Assembly: GCA_964465405.1 (NCBI GenBank)
Contig: CAYXIX010000001.1
Span: 1,858-63,903, forward strand
Origin: an uncultured Parabacteroides sp.
Lineage (GTDB): Bacteria; Bacteroidota; Bacteroidia; Bacteroidales; Tannerellaceae
Length of the DNA stretch: 62,046 nt
Direction of reading: 5' to 3'
The translations under genes and the position numbers were made by a program. Position 1 is the first letter of the stretch; the number at the start of each line of letters is the position of its first letter. Below are positions 28,430 to 39,835 of the stretch, one piece after another. The notes below the pieces were generated by a model. It was not told where the DNA came from. It did not search any database and saw only the letters and a program-made list of their open reading frames with translations.

Positions 28430-28475
28430 AAAACGGGTCGGCAGAGAATTAGATTTTTCTGCCGACCCGTTTTTT
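28430..28475. terminator. Bidirectional terminator after dnaJ
   Basis: AAAACGGGTCGGCAGA...TCTGCCGACCCGTTTT perfect stem. Confidence 0.85.
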
Positions 28476-28553
28476 GTTTCCTGCTGAAGGAACAAAAGTT
28501 TCGATGCGTGGAAAATGATGAAACTTTTTTTATGGAATATTCAGAAATCCGAT

Positions 28554-29741
28554 TCAATCCTCCAAGCACGCATCAAGGTTTCGCGTAATCTCCTCCTTGT
28601 CCAGATGTTGGCCGATGAAGACGATTTTCTGCATGCGGTCGCCATACGTCGGATCCCAGTCGCGGAGCAAGCCCGGTTCCTGCTTCATCAGTTCGATAAG
28701 CTCTTCTCCCGGAGCGGTGGCATACCATTGGCCGGCTTCGGAAAGGTATTTCTGTGTGCCGGCTTGCTCGAAAAGGTAAGACATGTCGCGGTTGTGCTTG
28801 AAATAGCAGACGCCTTTAGCACGGATGATGTTGGGGCTCCAATGTTTTTGGAGGAAATAATCGAATTTATTGAGGTCGAATGCCGGGCGGCGGTAGTAGA
28901 CAAATGTACCGATGCCGTATTCTTCCGCCTCACCTTCGTCTGAATGATGGTGATGATGTTCGTGTCCGTGTGCGTGTTCATGCTCATGATGTTCTTCTTC
29001 GTTGTCCATCGGTTGTTCGATGCCGCGTATCCAGCCGGCGGAAGTGGCGACCCGCTCGAAGTCGAACATGCCCGTGTGGATGATTTTGCCCAAGTCGATG
29101 TTTGCATAATCGCATTCGATGATTTCTGCTGCGGGTTGCAACGTGCGGATAATCTGTTTGATGCGTCCCAACTCTTCCGGTTTGACTTCCGACGCTTTGT
29201 TTAACAGGATGATGTTGCAAAATTCGATTTGCTGGATAATCAGGCTTTCGATATCTTCTTCGCCTACCTGCCGGTTAGTCAGTTTTTCCCCGCAGGCAAA
29301 TTCATCTTGCAGGCGCAAAGCATCCACTACCGTCACGATGCAATCCAGCTGGCAGATGCCATACCGGCGATAAGCTTCTCCCAAGCGGGGAATGGAGCAG
29401 ATGGTCTGCGCGATGGGCTCCGGTTCGCAGATGCCGCTGGCTTCGATGACAATGTAGTCGAAGCGGTTCATCTTCATGATGTCGAACAACTGTTCGATTA
29501 AATCCGTCTTGAGCGTGCAGCAGATGCAACCGTTTTGGAGCGCCACCAAGCTGTCGTCTTTCTTACCGACGATGCCGCCCCGTTGGATAAGGTCTGCGTC
29601 GATGTTTACCTCCCCGATGTCGTTGACGATGACGGCGAATTTGATGCCGCGTTGGTTGGAAAGAATATGGTTTACCAAAGTTGTTTTTCCGCTGCCCAGA
29701 TAACCGGTCAAGAGCAGCACGGGTATTTTTTTTGTGCTCAT
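28554..29741 (-). CDS. COG0523/CobW family metallochaperone GTPase
   Basis: GYLGSGKTT, NGCICC, EASG, NKxS, His-rich stretch, DRMQKIVFIG. Confidence 0.9.
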   Translation of the reverse strand: MSTKKIPVLLLTGYLGSGKTTLVNHILSNQRGIKFAVIVNDIGEVNIDADLIQRGGIVGKKDDSLVALQNGCICCTLKTDLIEQLFDIMKMNRFDYIVIEASGICEPEPIAQTICSIPRLGEAYRRYGICQLDCIVTVVDALRLQDEFACGEKLTNRQVGEEDIESLIIQQIEFCNIILLNKASEVKPEELGRIKQIIRTLQPAAEIIECDYANIDLGKIIHTGMFDFERVATSAGWIRGIEQPMDNEEEHHEHEHAHGHEHHHHHSDEGEAEEYGIGTFVYYRRPAFDLNKFDYFLQKHWSPNIIRAKGVCYFKHNRDMSYLFEQAGTQKYLSEAGQWYATAPGEELIELMKQEPGLLRDWDPTYGDRMQKIVFIGQHLDKEEITRNLDACLED

Positions 29742-29878
29742 TAGTCTAATTTTTGTTTATGATGGGATTTAAAATGGGCCTAAAGGTACAATTTCTTGCC
29801 CGATTTGTCGTTTGGTTTCAGAAATAATCACTTCCTTTGCTGTACTTTTTTTCAATACAAAAGAATAGTTAAGTGTTT

Positions 29879-30631
29879 ATGAAGGTTTTCAGAAATTTTT
29901 TGTGCGCCGTTCTATTGGTTGGCGTGAGCGTGAATGTGCAGCAAGTGGCTGCTCAACGGGAATTGGGAGTGTTTAATTCGTTGGCTGTAGGCGCAGGTGT
30001 CGGACTGACGGGAGTGGATGTGAATGTTGCGACGTCGATTACGCCCTATCTTGCCTTACGGGGAGGATTGTCGGTTATGCCGAATTTTAGCCTGACGACG
30101 GATGTGGATGTCGAGATGAGCGGAATGGGAAGTTCTGATATTCCTTCGACCATCGAGATGGAGGGAAGCATCAAGCGTGTTTCGGGTGAAGTGTTGCTGA
30201 ACGTATATCCTTTCAAAGGCACTTTCTTCATCGCGGCGGGTGCTTATTTCGGCGGGAGCTCGATTGTAAAAATCAACGGACATAGCGACGAGCTGGCAAA
30301 TTTGGCTGCAGAGGCCGGAGATGCGAGTATCGTCATTGGCGACTACACGATTCCGGTCGACGAGAACGGAAATGTGTCGGGCGGATTGCGGGTTAATGGT
30401 TTCCGTCCGTACGTCGGGCTGGGATTCGGGCGCGTTGTCCCGAAGAAGCGCGTCAGCGTGATGTTTGAAATGGGCGTCCAGTTTCATGGGAAACCGGAGG
30501 TATATACGAATTATGGTGACATCGGCCAGTTGATGGACGAACTTGATGCGGACGATACTTTCTCGGAGATTATGGATAAATTGACCATCTATCCGGTATT
30601 GAAGCTCCGCCTTTGCGGCCGGATATTTTAA
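29879..30631 (+). CDS. Exported protein, probable outer-membrane beta-barrel
   Basis: Signal peptide, amphipathic strands (PYVGLGFGR), C-terminal aromatic residue (GRIF). Confidence 0.6.
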   Translation: MKVFRNFLCAVLLVGVSVNVQQVAAQRELGVFNSLAVGAGVGLTGVDVNVATSITPYLALRGGLSVMPNFSLTTDVDVEMSGMGSSDIPSTIEMEGSIKRVSGEVLLNVYPFKGTFFIAAGAYFGGSSIVKINGHSDELANLAAEAGDASIVIGDYTIPVDENGNVSGGLRVNGFRPYVGLGFGRVVPKKRVSVMFEMGVQFHGKPEVYTNYGDIGQLMDELDADDTFSEIMDKLTIYPVLKLRLCGRIF

Positions 30632-30646
30632 GCAGGGATATCGATA

Positions 30647-31690
30647 TCATGTTTTCATGATTACGAAGTACAGCACGGGGCTGCCGTCTGTTTCCGCTTG
30701 AGGGAACGTGTCACGCAGCCCCGTTTGCGGTTTTATATAACAGTAGACGCGGTTGTAAGGGTCTGCCGGTTGCAAATCCGTCACCTTCCCCGTCCCGTAG
30801 AAATCGTCTTCCAATCCACCCTGCGCAAGGATGGCATGCTTTTTCTGCCCGTCGTAACAAAAGATGTAGCGCTCTTCCGCTGTTTGTGCATATGGGTTGG
30901 CGGTGAAGAGGAAACGCGGCCCGACTTGCAGGGGTAGGATGGATGTCGCGTCTACGGCGTTTCCTATAAGTAAATTGTGCAAAAGCTGTAATGTAGTTTC
31001 CAAGATGTAAGCGGCAGGCGTTCCGGATACGTGGGTGTAGACCTGCCCGTTCGATATGCTGATTTGTGGGCGGGGCAGGTAGTCCACCGCTACGCGCCCC
31101 GTGTCGGCCGCGTGCAGTTGTCTCCGTTCCGTAATCCGGCAGTCTTTATCGAGGCGGTACAGCCATTGCTCGACGGCCAAACCACCGGTCTGGCTCTCGA
31201 AACCGACGCAGTCCACTGTCAGCCACAGCCCGCCGTCGTAGTAAGCTACGTCGCCGACGGCCAGCCAGCTCTCTTCGCGTGGTAGGCGGCTTTTCCCCGT
31301 ACATACGCCGTCATACGTATAATAATAGATTGCCCCGTCGTGTCCGAGCACAATCAGTTGCTGGTGTGTCGGGTCGACGGTATAATCTGCCACCTCCAGC
31401 GGTTGCCCGTCACCTCCGATTTCACCGATACATTCCCCTGACGCCATGAAATGGTAAAGTCGTCTCGCGCAGGTGAGAAAGATGTGCTTCCGGTCGCTTT
31501 GGACGTTGCGGATTTGCTCCGGGCGAAGTGTGTTCGTATCCAAACGGATGGCCTTCACCTCCTTTGCAATGTCGGAAAGGCATCCTTCGGTGGCACACGC
31601 CACGTGTCCGTTGTCTGTTGCCAGCCGGTAGCCCAGCCAGCCATACGTGAGCAAGAGAGTGAGAAAAAGTAAGGAGAATGTGCGTTTCAT
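30647..31690 (-). CDS. Membrane-anchored 6-bladed beta-propeller-like protein
   Basis: N-terminal TM helix (MKRTFSLLFL...); LSDIAKEVKAIRLDT motif typical of Bacteroidetes propeller proteins. Confidence 0.6.
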   Translation of the reverse strand: MKRTFSLLFLTLLLTYGWLGYRLATDNGHVACATEGCLSDIAKEVKAIRLDTNTLRPEQIRNVQSDRKHIFLTCARRLYHFMASGECIGEIGGDGQPLEVADYTVDPTHQQLIVLGHDGAIYYYTYDGVCTGKSRLPREESWLAVGDVAYYDGGLWLTVDCVGFESQTGGLAVEQWLYRLDKDCRITERRQLHAADTGRVAVDYLPRPQISISNGQVYTHVSGTPAAYILETTLQLLHNLLIGNAVDATSILPLQVGPRFLFTANPYAQTAEERYIFCYDGQKKHAILAQGGLEDDFYGTGKVTDLQPADPYNRVYCYIKPQTGLRDTFPQAETDGSPVLYFVIMKT

Positions 31691-31791
31691 ACAATCTTTG
31701 TTTTTGTTTTTCAGACGGAAAATGTCCGGAAATATTGTATTAGGAGGCCTGATTTTTAAGTGGAACGACAAACCTTTTGTGAATCTCTTTA

Positions 31792-31831
31792 ATGACAAAT
31801 TGTCATAATTTGTTTTTGGTATTTCTTTTGC
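31792..31831 (+). promoter_or_regulatory. Palindrome ATGACA-AAT-TGTCAT plus sigma54-like -24/-12 promoter upstream of clpB
   Basis: Perfect palindrome at 31792-31806; TTGGTATTTCTTTTGC with GG-N10-GC spacing at 31816-31831. Confidence 0.55.
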
Positions 31832-31884
31832 TGTATCTTAGGAGAATGTAAAAATGGAAAATAAAAAGAAAGGAGAATAACCAT

Positions 31885-34473
31885 ATGAATTTTAATAACT
31901 TTACAATTAAAGCGCAAGAGGCCGTACAGCAGGCGGTACAGCTGGCAAGCCGGAATGGACAGCAGGCGATTGAAGCGGTACACTTGTTGAAAGGTGTCAT
32001 TGTGACAGGGGAAAGCGTGACGAATTTCATTTTCCAGAAACTGGGCGTGAACGTTGCGAACTTGAACCGGGTGATTGATGCCGAGATACAGTCTCTACCG
32101 AAGGTTTCGGGTGGAGAACCCTATCTGTCGGGCGAAGCCAATGCGGTGTTGCAGAAAGCAATCGATTATTCGTCGAAGCTGGGCGACCAGTATGTTTCGA
32201 TTGAATCGATTATATTGGCGCTGTTTTCAGAAAAAAGCGCGGCTTCGCAGATGTTGAAAGATGTGGGCGTGACGGAAAAAGAGCTCCGGATGGCCATCGA
32301 CGAGTTGCGGAAAGGCAACAAAGTCACCAGCCAGTCGGCGGAAGATACCTACGATGCCCTTTCGAAGTATGCAATCAACCTGAACGAACGTGCGCGTAAC
32401 GGCAAGCTCGACCCGGTTATCGGGCGGGATGAGGAGATTCGTCGTGTGCTTCAGATTTTGAGCCGGCGAACGAAGAACAACCCGATATTGATTGGTGAAC
32501 CGGGGGTCGGAAAAACGGCGATTGCTGAGGGGTTGGCGCACCGGATTGTGCGGGGCGACGTCCCTGAGAACCTGAAATCGAAGCAGATTTTCTCGTTGGA
32601 TATGGGTGCACTGATTGCTGGTGCGAAATATAAGGGGGAATTTGAGGAGCGCTTGAAAGCCGTCGTCAACGAAGTGACCAAGTCGGATGGCGAGATTATC
32701 CTTTTCATAGATGAAATCCACACGCTGGTCGGAGCCGGTAAGGGAGAGGGCGCAATGGATGCGGCGAATATCTTGAAGCCTGCATTGGCGCGTGGCGAAC
32801 TGCGGGCCATCGGCGCGACAACGCTCGACGAGTATCAGAAGTATTTCGAGAAGGATAAGGCGCTCGAACGCCGTTTCCAAATCGTCATGGTCGACGAGCC
32901 GGGCGAGCTGGATGCGATTTCCATCCTGCGTGGGCTGAAGGAAAAGTATGAGAACCACCACAAGGTGCGTATCAAGGATGATGCGATTATTGCCGCCGTA
33001 CAGTTGTCTACGCGCTACATCACCGACCGCTTCTTGCCCGACAAGGCGATTGACCTGATGGACGAAGCGGCAGCCCGCTTGCGGATGCAGATTGATTCGG
33101 TTCCGGAATCGCTCGACGAAGTTTCCCGCCGTATCAAACAGTTAGAAATTGAGCGCGAGGCCATCAAGCGCGAGAACGACACGGAAAAGCTCGCGCAACT
33201 GAACAAAGAAATCGCCGATTTGAGGGAGGAGGAAACGAAGCAGAAGGCGCAATGGCAAAGCGAGAAAGAACAAATCAATAAGATCCAGCAGAACAAGATC
33301 GACATCGAAAACCTGAGGTTCGAAGCTGAAAAGGCAGAGCGCGAAGGAGATTATGGCAAGGTCGCCGAGATCCGCTACGGCAAGATTAAGGCGAAAGAGG
33401 CCGAAATCAAAGCCGTGCAGGAGAAACTCAAGACGATGCAAGGCGGAGCAGCCATGATTAAGGAAGAGGTCGACAGCGAGGATATCGCCGACGTTGTTTC
33501 GCGTTGGACGGGTATTCCCGTCAGCAAGATGATACAGAGCGAGCGCGAGAAGTTGCTGCGTCTGGAAGACGAGTTGCATGCTCGTGTCATCGGGCAGGAC
33601 GAAGCCATCCGTGCGATAGCAGATGCCGTGCGTCGGAGCCGTGCCGGGTTGCAAGACCCCAAACGCCCTATCGGTTCCTTCATCTTCTTGGGGACGACGG
33701 GTGTCGGCAAGACGGAATTGGCGAAGGCATTGGCAGAATATCTGTTCGACGACGAGAATATGATGACCCGTATCGACATGAGCGAGTATCAGGAGAAGTT
33801 CAGCGCGACCCGTCTGATTGGGGCGCCTCCGGGATATGTCGGATACGATGAAGGCGGGCAGTTGACGGAAGCCATTCGCCGGAAACCTTATTCGGTCGTC
33901 CTCTTTGACGAGATCGAGAAGGCGCATCCGGATGTATTCAACATCCTCTTGCAGGTATTGGACGACGGGCGGCTGACCGATAACAAAGGCCGTATGGTGA
34001 ACTTCAAGAATACGATTATCATCATGACCAGTAACATGGGGTCGTCTCTGATTCGCGAGAAATTCGAGAAGATGACACCTGCCAACCGTGACGAGGTGGT
34101 CGGGCAGACGAAAGAGCAGGTATTGGATTTGTTGAAAAAGAGCATCCGCCCGGAGTTCCTGAACCGTATTGATGACATCATCATGTTCACACCGTTGAAC
34201 GAGGAAGAGATTCGTCAGATTGTCTCTTTGCAGCTGAATGCTGTCAAGAAGCGGTTGGCGGAGAATGGCGTCGCCTTAGAGTTTGCGGAGCGCGCATTGG
34301 CCTTCTTGGCGGAAAAGGGGTACGACCCGCAGTTTGGCGCCCGTCCCGTCAAACGGGTCATCCAGAAACTGGTGTTGAACGAGTTGTCGAAGGAACTCTT
34401 GAGCGGCAGGGTGAACAAAGAACGCCCGATAACGATTGATTTCGACGGCAACGGGTTGGCATTTAGGAATTGA
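31885..34473 (+). CDS. clpB: ATP-dependent chaperone ClpB
   Basis: Two AAA+ modules ([16 protein letters not shown]), coiled-coil middle domain, GAPPGYVG. Confidence 0.96.
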   Translation: MNFNNFTIKAQEAVQQAVQLASRNGQQAIEAVHLLKGVIVTGESVTNFIFQKLGVNVANLNRVIDAEIQSLPKVSGGEPYLSGEANAVLQKAIDYSSKLGDQYVSIESIILALFSEKSAASQMLKDVGVTEKELRMAIDELRKGNKVTSQSAEDTYDALSKYAINLNERARNGKLDPVIGRDEEIRRVLQILSRRTKNNPILIGEPGVGKTAIAEGLAHRIVRGDVPENLKSKQIFSLDMGALIAGAKYKGEFEERLKAVVNEVTKSDGEIILFIDEIHTLVGAGKGEGAMDAANILKPALARGELRAIGATTLDEYQKYFEKDKALERRFQIVMVDEPGELDAISILRGLKEKYENHHKVRIKDDAIIAAVQLSTRYITDRFLPDKAIDLMDEAAARLRMQIDSVPESLDEVSRRIKQLEIEREAIKRENDTEKLAQLNKEIADLREEETKQKAQWQSEKEQINKIQQNKIDIENLRFEAEKAEREGDYGKVAEIRYGKIKAKEAEIKAVQEKLKTMQGGAAMIKEEVDSEDIADVVSRWTGIPVSKMIQSEREKLLRLEDELHARVIGQDEAIRAIADAVRRSRAGLQDPKRPIGSFIFLGTTGVGKTELAKALAEYLFDDENMMTRIDMSEYQEKFSATRLIGAPPGYVGYDEGGQLTEAIRRKPYSVVLFDEIEKAHPDVFNILLQVLDDGRLTDNKGRMVNFKNTIIIMTSNMGSSLIREKFEKMTPANRDEVVGQTKEQVLDLLKKSIRPEFLNRIDDIIMFTPLNEEEIRQIVSLQLNAVKKRLAENGVALEFAERALAFLAEKGYDPQFGARPVKRVIQKLVLNELSKELLSGRVNKERPITIDFDGNGLAFRN

Positions 34474-34519
34474 ACAGTTGCGAATAATATTTTGATTGGA
34501 GATTAATTATCGTTTAAGA

Positions 34520-34564
34520 CGGCAGGCCTCATCTCTCGGAAGGGAGGTGAGTGCCTGTTTTTTT
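34520..34564 (+). terminator. Terminator after clpB
   Basis: CAGGCCTCATCTCTC-GGAA-GGGAGGTGAGTGCCTG followed by a T7 run. Confidence 0.75.
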
Positions 34565-34765
34565 GTGCAAAGAGGTTCGCTTGTTGCGTGTCGTTTGGGC
34601 AGATTTGCAATCCGCATATCCCGTAGAGACATGGCGTGCCGCGTCTCTCTTCACGTATCTGTTTTACGTGAAAGGATATACGTGAAGGAAGGGCGATTTC
34701 CCTCCCTTTACCCCTTTGCATATCGGGAGCAAAAGCCTACCTTTGCGCGGTATGACTAAGACAGC

Positions 34766-36475
34766 ATGATAGAGGGGCCTATACATATATTAAAGACCTA
34801 TTGGGGCTATGACCGTTTTCGGGCGGGACAGGCGGAGGTAATCGACAGTATTCTCGCAGGGCATGATACGTTGGCGCTTATGCCGACGGGGGGCGGGAAA
34901 TCCATCACCTTTCAAGTGCCCGCTTTGGCAAAAGAGGGTATTTGTCTGGTGGTGAGCCCGCTCGTGGCGTTGATGAAAGACCAAGTGAAGAACTTGCAAA
35001 AACGGGGGATTCTGGCGGCGTTCATCAGTTCGGAGATGCCTCGCTGGGAGATATTGCAGCAGCTGGATAATTGCATTTTGGGCGATTATAAGTTTTTGTA
35101 CATTTCCCCGGAGCGTATTTCTTCTGATTTGTTTCGGGGAAAATTGAAATACTTGGCGGCTAAAATCAATTTGCTCGTGGTAGACGAGGCGCATTGCATC
35201 TCGCAGTGGGGGAACGATTTCAGGCGCGATTATCGGTTGATTGCTGACATCCGCGACGCCATTCCCCGCGTGCCGGTGATTGCCGTGACGGCTTCGGCAA
35301 CCGCTTCGGTGGTGGCAGATATCTGCGAGCAGCTCCACTTCCGCAAGGGCTATCGTGTTTTCAAGACCTCTTTCGAGCGGAAGAACCTTTCCTTTGTGGT
35401 GCGGAAGACAGACAACAAACTGCGGGAATTGTGCCATATTCTCACATCGGTACCCGGTTCGGTAGTGGTCTACAGCCGGACGCGGCGGGGTGTTGAAGAG
35501 TACGCCGGGAAGCTGCGGGCGGCCGGTATCGCTGCGGAGTATTTCCATGCCGGTCTGGCTCCGATTGCCAAGACGGAGCGGCAGACGGAATGGCAGAGGG
35601 GGACGACGCGCGTGCTGGCGGCGACCAACGCCTTCGGGATGGGAATCGACAAGGGCGATGTCCGGCTGGTGATTCATACCGAGTTCCCGGATTCGCTTGA
35701 AGCCTATTATCAGGAGGCCGGACGGGCGGGACGCGACGGACAGCGGGCATACGCTGTCGTCTTGCTGGAACCGCAGGATATCGCTGATATCAAGCGTCGT
35801 CCGTCGCAAGCTTTCCCGACGATTGAGTATATCAAGCGGGTGTATGAAGCCGTGTGTAACCATTTTCAGATAGCGGAGGGGGATGGCGAAGGGCTTTCGG
35901 TCTTTTTGAATGAGCCGGACTTTTTGCGCGACTGGCGTTTTGACAAGGGACGGCTGCGTTCGTCACTCGAAATCCTTTCTCTTTCCGGTTATCTCGACTT
36001 CGAGCCTTATCCGAACACGCAACCTTACTTGCGTTACGACCAACCACGTTGGAACCTCGACCGCTTTTTGCAGGGCGATTCGTCTGCGGCGCGGGTGGCT
36101 GTGGAGGTCTTGCGTAATTACGAAGGGCTTTTTTCTGCGGGAACATTTGTCAGCGTTGATTTGCTGGCACGTAAGACGGGGTTTGAACCGCGTGAAGTGG
36201 TGAAATTGTTGGGATATTTGCGCAATGTGGGTTTCTATTATGTCCCTTCCCGGAAAGAGCCACGCATCACGTTCAAGATGATTCGTGTACCGCTCGACCG
36301 GCTTGTGATTTCTACCGCTTCTTATGAGAATCGCTTGGCGGCTTTCAAGATGCGTATTGATAAAGTGGTCGACTATTTGGAGACGGACGGTTGCCGGCAG
36401 GCTTTCATATCAGACTATTTTGGCATGGAGGGACGTCGTTGCGGTTGTTGCGACAACTGTTTGAAGCGAAGGTAA
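34766..36475 (+). CDS. recQ: RecQ family ATP-dependent DNA helicase
   Basis: MPTGGGKS, DEAHCISQWG, QEAGRAGRDG, C-terminal CGCCDNC zinc site; TACCTTTG promoter just upstream. Confidence 0.9.
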   Translation: MIEGPIHILKTYWGYDRFRAGQAEVIDSILAGHDTLALMPTGGGKSITFQVPALAKEGICLVVSPLVALMKDQVKNLQKRGILAAFISSEMPRWEILQQLDNCILGDYKFLYISPERISSDLFRGKLKYLAAKINLLVVDEAHCISQWGNDFRRDYRLIADIRDAIPRVPVIAVTASATASVVADICEQLHFRKGYRVFKTSFERKNLSFVVRKTDNKLRELCHILTSVPGSVVVYSRTRRGVEEYAGKLRAAGIAAEYFHAGLAPIAKTERQTEWQRGTTRVLAATNAFGMGIDKGDVRLVIHTEFPDSLEAYYQEAGRAGRDGQRAYAVVLLEPQDIADIKRRPSQAFPTIEYIKRVYEAVCNHFQIAEGDGEGLSVFLNEPDFLRDWRFDKGRLRSSLEILSLSGYLDFEPYPNTQPYLRYDQPRWNLDRFLQGDSSAARVAVEVLRNYEGLFSAGTFVSVDLLARKTGFEPREVVKLLGYLRNVGFYYVPSRKEPRITFKMIRVPLDRLVISTASYENRLAAFKMRIDKVVDYLETDGCRQAFISDYFGMEGRRCGCCDNCLKRR

Positions 36476-36548
36476 ACAGTTTTTGATTCGCACGTTTGTG
36501 AATCTGTTAGGAAGGATTTATCTTTGTGGTTAAACAAGATAACAAATC

Positions 36549-37907
36549 ATGAGTCAGGTTAAAACATATATTCAATCCAATCAGGAGCGTTTTCTTGATG
36601 AACTTTTTTCATTGATACGTATTCCATCCATTAGTGCCAAACAGGAACATAAACCCGATATGGAACGTTGTGCCCGGCGCTGGGTGGAATTACTTCTTTC
36701 TTCAGGTGCCGATCGGGCAGAAGTGATGCAGACGGATGGAAATCCCATTGTGTATGCGGAGAAACATATTTCGGATGCGGCGCAGACGGTTTTGATCTAT
36801 GGCCACTATGATGTGATGCCCGCCGAGCCATTCGAGCTGTGGCAAAGCGCTCCTTTTGAACCGGAGATTCGGGACGGGCGTATCTGGGCACGTGGAGCGG
36901 ACGACGACAAAGGGCAGTCGATGATGCAGGTGAAGGGGTTTGAAACGGCACTGCAATCGGGACTCCTCCGATGTAATGTGAAGTTCATTTTTGAAGGAGA
37001 AGAAGAGATAGGCTCGCCCAGTTTGGAGGCATTTTGTCGGGCGCATCGGGATTTGCTAAAGGCGGATGTCATATTGGTTTCCGATACAAGCATGGTGAGC
37101 ACAGACGTGCCTTCGTTGACAACGGGTTTACGAGGACTTGCTTATTGGGAGATAGAGGTGACGGGACCGAATCGCGACTTGCATTCGGGGCATTTCGGCG
37201 GAGCGGTTGCCAATCCGATTCATGTTTTGTGCCGTATGTTGGCAGATGTGATTGATGCTGACGGGCGGATTACGATTCCCGGATTTTATGATGTTGTGGA
37301 AGAGGTTTCTCCGGAAGAACGGGCCATGATTGCGCAAATCCCTTTTGATGAGGCGAAATATAAAGAAGCGATTGGCGTAAATGTACTTGCGGGGGAAAAG
37401 GGATATTCGACACTTGAACGTAACAGTTGCCGTCCCTCTTTTGATATTTGTGGGATATGGGGCGGTTATACCGGCGAGGGTAGTAAGACGGTGTTACCTT
37501 CCAAAGCCTATGCAAAAGTTTCTTGCCGGTTGGTTCCGCATCAGCAGCACGAGGAGATTTCCCGTTTGTTTGTCGAGTACATGACACATCTCGCACCTCC
37601 GAGCGTGAAGATAAAAATGACACCGTTACACGGGGGAGAAGGATATGTTTGTCCGATTGATTTGCCTGCTTATCGGGCTGCGGAGGAGGCTGTCGGTATC
37701 GCTTTCGGGAAACGGCCATTGGCTGTGCGAAGAGGGGGAAGCATACCGATTATATCAACTTTTGAGCAAGTTTTGGGTATCAAAACGGTGTTGATGGGAT
37801 TTGGGCTCGAACAAAATGCGATTCATTCGCCGAACGAGAGTTGTCGGTTAGACTTTTTCTATAAAGGCATTGAGGCGGTTGCTGAGTTTTATAGACGGTA
37901 TGCTTAA
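36549..37907 (+). CDS. M20 family dipeptidase
   Basis: YGHYDV, RGADDDKG, EGEEEIGS, HSPNE. Confidence 0.92.
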   Translation: MSQVKTYIQSNQERFLDELFSLIRIPSISAKQEHKPDMERCARRWVELLLSSGADRAEVMQTDGNPIVYAEKHISDAAQTVLIYGHYDVMPAEPFELWQSAPFEPEIRDGRIWARGADDDKGQSMMQVKGFETALQSGLLRCNVKFIFEGEEEIGSPSLEAFCRAHRDLLKADVILVSDTSMVSTDVPSLTTGLRGLAYWEIEVTGPNRDLHSGHFGGAVANPIHVLCRMLADVIDADGRITIPGFYDVVEEVSPEERAMIAQIPFDEAKYKEAIGVNVLAGEKGYSTLERNSCRPSFDICGIWGGYTGEGSKTVLPSKAYAKVSCRLVPHQQHEEISRLFVEYMTHLAPPSVKIKMTPLHGGEGYVCPIDLPAYRAAEEAVGIAFGKRPLAVRRGGSIPIISTFEQVLGIKTVLMGFGLEQNAIHSPNESCRLDFFYKGIEAVAEFYRRYA

Positions 37908-37959
37908 TTAACGGTTAGGAATAAAATGAGTCTTTTACAAGCATGAAATTTTTAAGGCA

Positions 37960-38784
37960 ATGAATGTTAATGAGAATTTAATGTATCGGGAAGCCGCTGA
38001 TTATTTGGCATCTCGTATATGCGGAAAACCTGAAACGGCGATTATATTGGGAAGCGGGTTAGGCTCGCTTGCTGATCAGATTGAGTCGGCAACTGTTATT
38101 CCTTACACCGGAATTCCTCACTTTATGCACTCGACAGCAACCGGTCATAAAGGGAATCTGATTTATGGCAGACTGGGAGAGAAAGAGGTCTTGGCCATGC
38201 AGGGGCGTTTCCACTACTATGAAGGATATACAATGTCGCAGGTGACTTTTCCTATCCGGGTAATGAAATTGTTGGGTATTCAAAACTTGTTGGTTTCGAA
38301 TGCAGCGGGAGGAATTAACCCCTCGTTTAAAGTGGGCGACCTGATGATTATACGGGATCATATCAATATGATGCCTAATCCATTGATAGGGCCCAATAAT
38401 GAGATGTTTGGTACGCGTTTCCCGGATATGACACGTGCTTATGATCGAGAAATGATTTGTTTGGCGGAAGAAATAGCCCGTTCATTGGGTATTTCATTGA
38501 AAAAAGGCGTGTATGTCGGTCTTACAGGGCCTTCTTTTGAAACACCTGCGGAATATGCGTTTTATGGTAGGGCCGGAGGCGATGCGATAGGAATGAGTAC
38601 AGTCCCGGAAGTCATTATCGCCCGACATGCAGGGTTGCGGGTGTTTGGTATGTCTGTGATAACAAATGAAGGTTATCATTTTACCGATGATTTTGTTAAT
38701 GACGGAGCAGACGTCATCGTGGCTGCAGATCGGGCAGCGGTGAAAATGACAGCTTTGTTTCGTGAATTAATTGCTCGAATATAA
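37960..38784 (+). CDS. punA: Purine-nucleoside phosphorylase
   Basis: [32 protein letters not shown]. Confidence 0.92.
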   Translation: MNVNENLMYREAADYLASRICGKPETAIILGSGLGSLADQIESATVIPYTGIPHFMHSTATGHKGNLIYGRLGEKEVLAMQGRFHYYEGYTMSQVTFPIRVMKLLGIQNLLVSNAAGGINPSFKVGDLMIIRDHINMMPNPLIGPNNEMFGTRFPDMTRAYDREMICLAEEIARSLGISLKKGVYVGLTGPSFETPAEYAFYGRAGGDAIGMSTVPEVIIARHAGLRVFGMSVITNEGYHFTDDFVNDGADVIVAADRAAVKMTALFRELIARI

Positions 38785-38847
38785 GAATAATTGTATCTTT
38801 GTTCACAATAGTAATTCAATAGTTGATATAAATAAAATAAATAGGCC

Positions 38848-39618
38848 ATGAAGCATTCTAGAAGGGACTTTTTAAAAGCTGGGGCGTTGGCAGGTATCAG
38901 CGCATGGATGATTCCAGAGATTGCAAAAGCGGCTGTGGCGGAAAATGCATCCGTTCATGCACCGAGAATCAAATTAAAGAAGGATTGCGTTATTTTGTTT
39001 CAGGGAGATTCGATAACGGATTGTGGACGCGATAAGAACAGTAACCGTTGCAATACGATTGAACAGTTTGGTAGTGGATACGTGCTTTTTACAGCGACGC
39101 AGTTATTGGAAAAAGAAGCAGCTTTACAGCCTAAGATTTACAATCGAGGTATTAGTGGGAACAAAGTGTATCAATTGCGTGAACGCTGGGAGATAGATTG
39201 TTTGGCTTTCCAGCCGGATGTGTTGAGTATCTTGATAGGAGTAAACGATTATTGGCATACACTGACGCATGCTTATACTGGAACCGTGAAGACTTATGAA
39301 ACCGATTTGCGTGCACTCTTGCAATATACAAAGGAAAAACTGCCGGATGTGCAGTTGGTTCTTTGTGAACCTTTTTCTTTAAAAGACGGTACAGCGATTG
39401 AAGATTCTAAATGGTATCCGATGTTTGATGAGTATCGTTTGGTAGCACGTAAATTGTCGGATGAGTTCAAGGCGGTATTTGTTCCTTTTCAATCCGGTTT
39501 TGATAAGGCTGTTCAATTGGCTCCGACGCGTTATTGGTCTAATGATGGCGTACATCCAGACTTGCCAGGACGTCAGCTGATGGCGAACATGTGGTTGGAA
39601 GCAACAGGGCTGAAATGA
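38848..39618 (+). CDS. SGNH/GDSL hydrolase with Tat signal
   Basis: SRRDFLK signal; GDSITD, NRGISG, GVND, DGVHP. Confidence 0.9.
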   Translation: MKHSRRDFLKAGALAGISAWMIPEIAKAAVAENASVHAPRIKLKKDCVILFQGDSITDCGRDKNSNRCNTIEQFGSGYVLFTATQLLEKEAALQPKIYNRGISGNKVYQLRERWEIDCLAFQPDVLSILIGVNDYWHTLTHAYTGTVKTYETDLRALLQYTKEKLPDVQLVLCEPFSLKDGTAIEDSKWYPMFDEYRLVARKLSDEFKAVFVPFQSGFDKAVQLAPTRYWSNDGVHPDLPGRQLMANMWLEATGLK

Positions 39619-39713
39619 AAACGAAATGAATGGGTGTGGAGAAAATAATAGTATAAAAAGTAGAGTAGACTTTTGGAGAAAAGAAAAATACCTGTATCTT
39701 TGCATCCGTTATC

Positions 39714-39789
39714 GCGGAAGTAGCTCAGTTGGTAGAGCATAACCTTGCCAAGGTTAGGGTCGCGGGTTCGAGTCCCGTCTTCCGCTCCA
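39714..39789 (+). tRNA. tRNA-Gly(GCC)
   Basis: GCGGAAG acceptor stem, anticodon loop TTGCCAA, GGTTCGAGTCC T-arm, encoded CCA; TATCTTTG promoter at 39695. Confidence 0.95.
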
Positions 39790-39835
39790 TCAAATAGATG
39801 CGGCAAGAGGCCGCTTTTTTCTTGTGATGAAAAAG

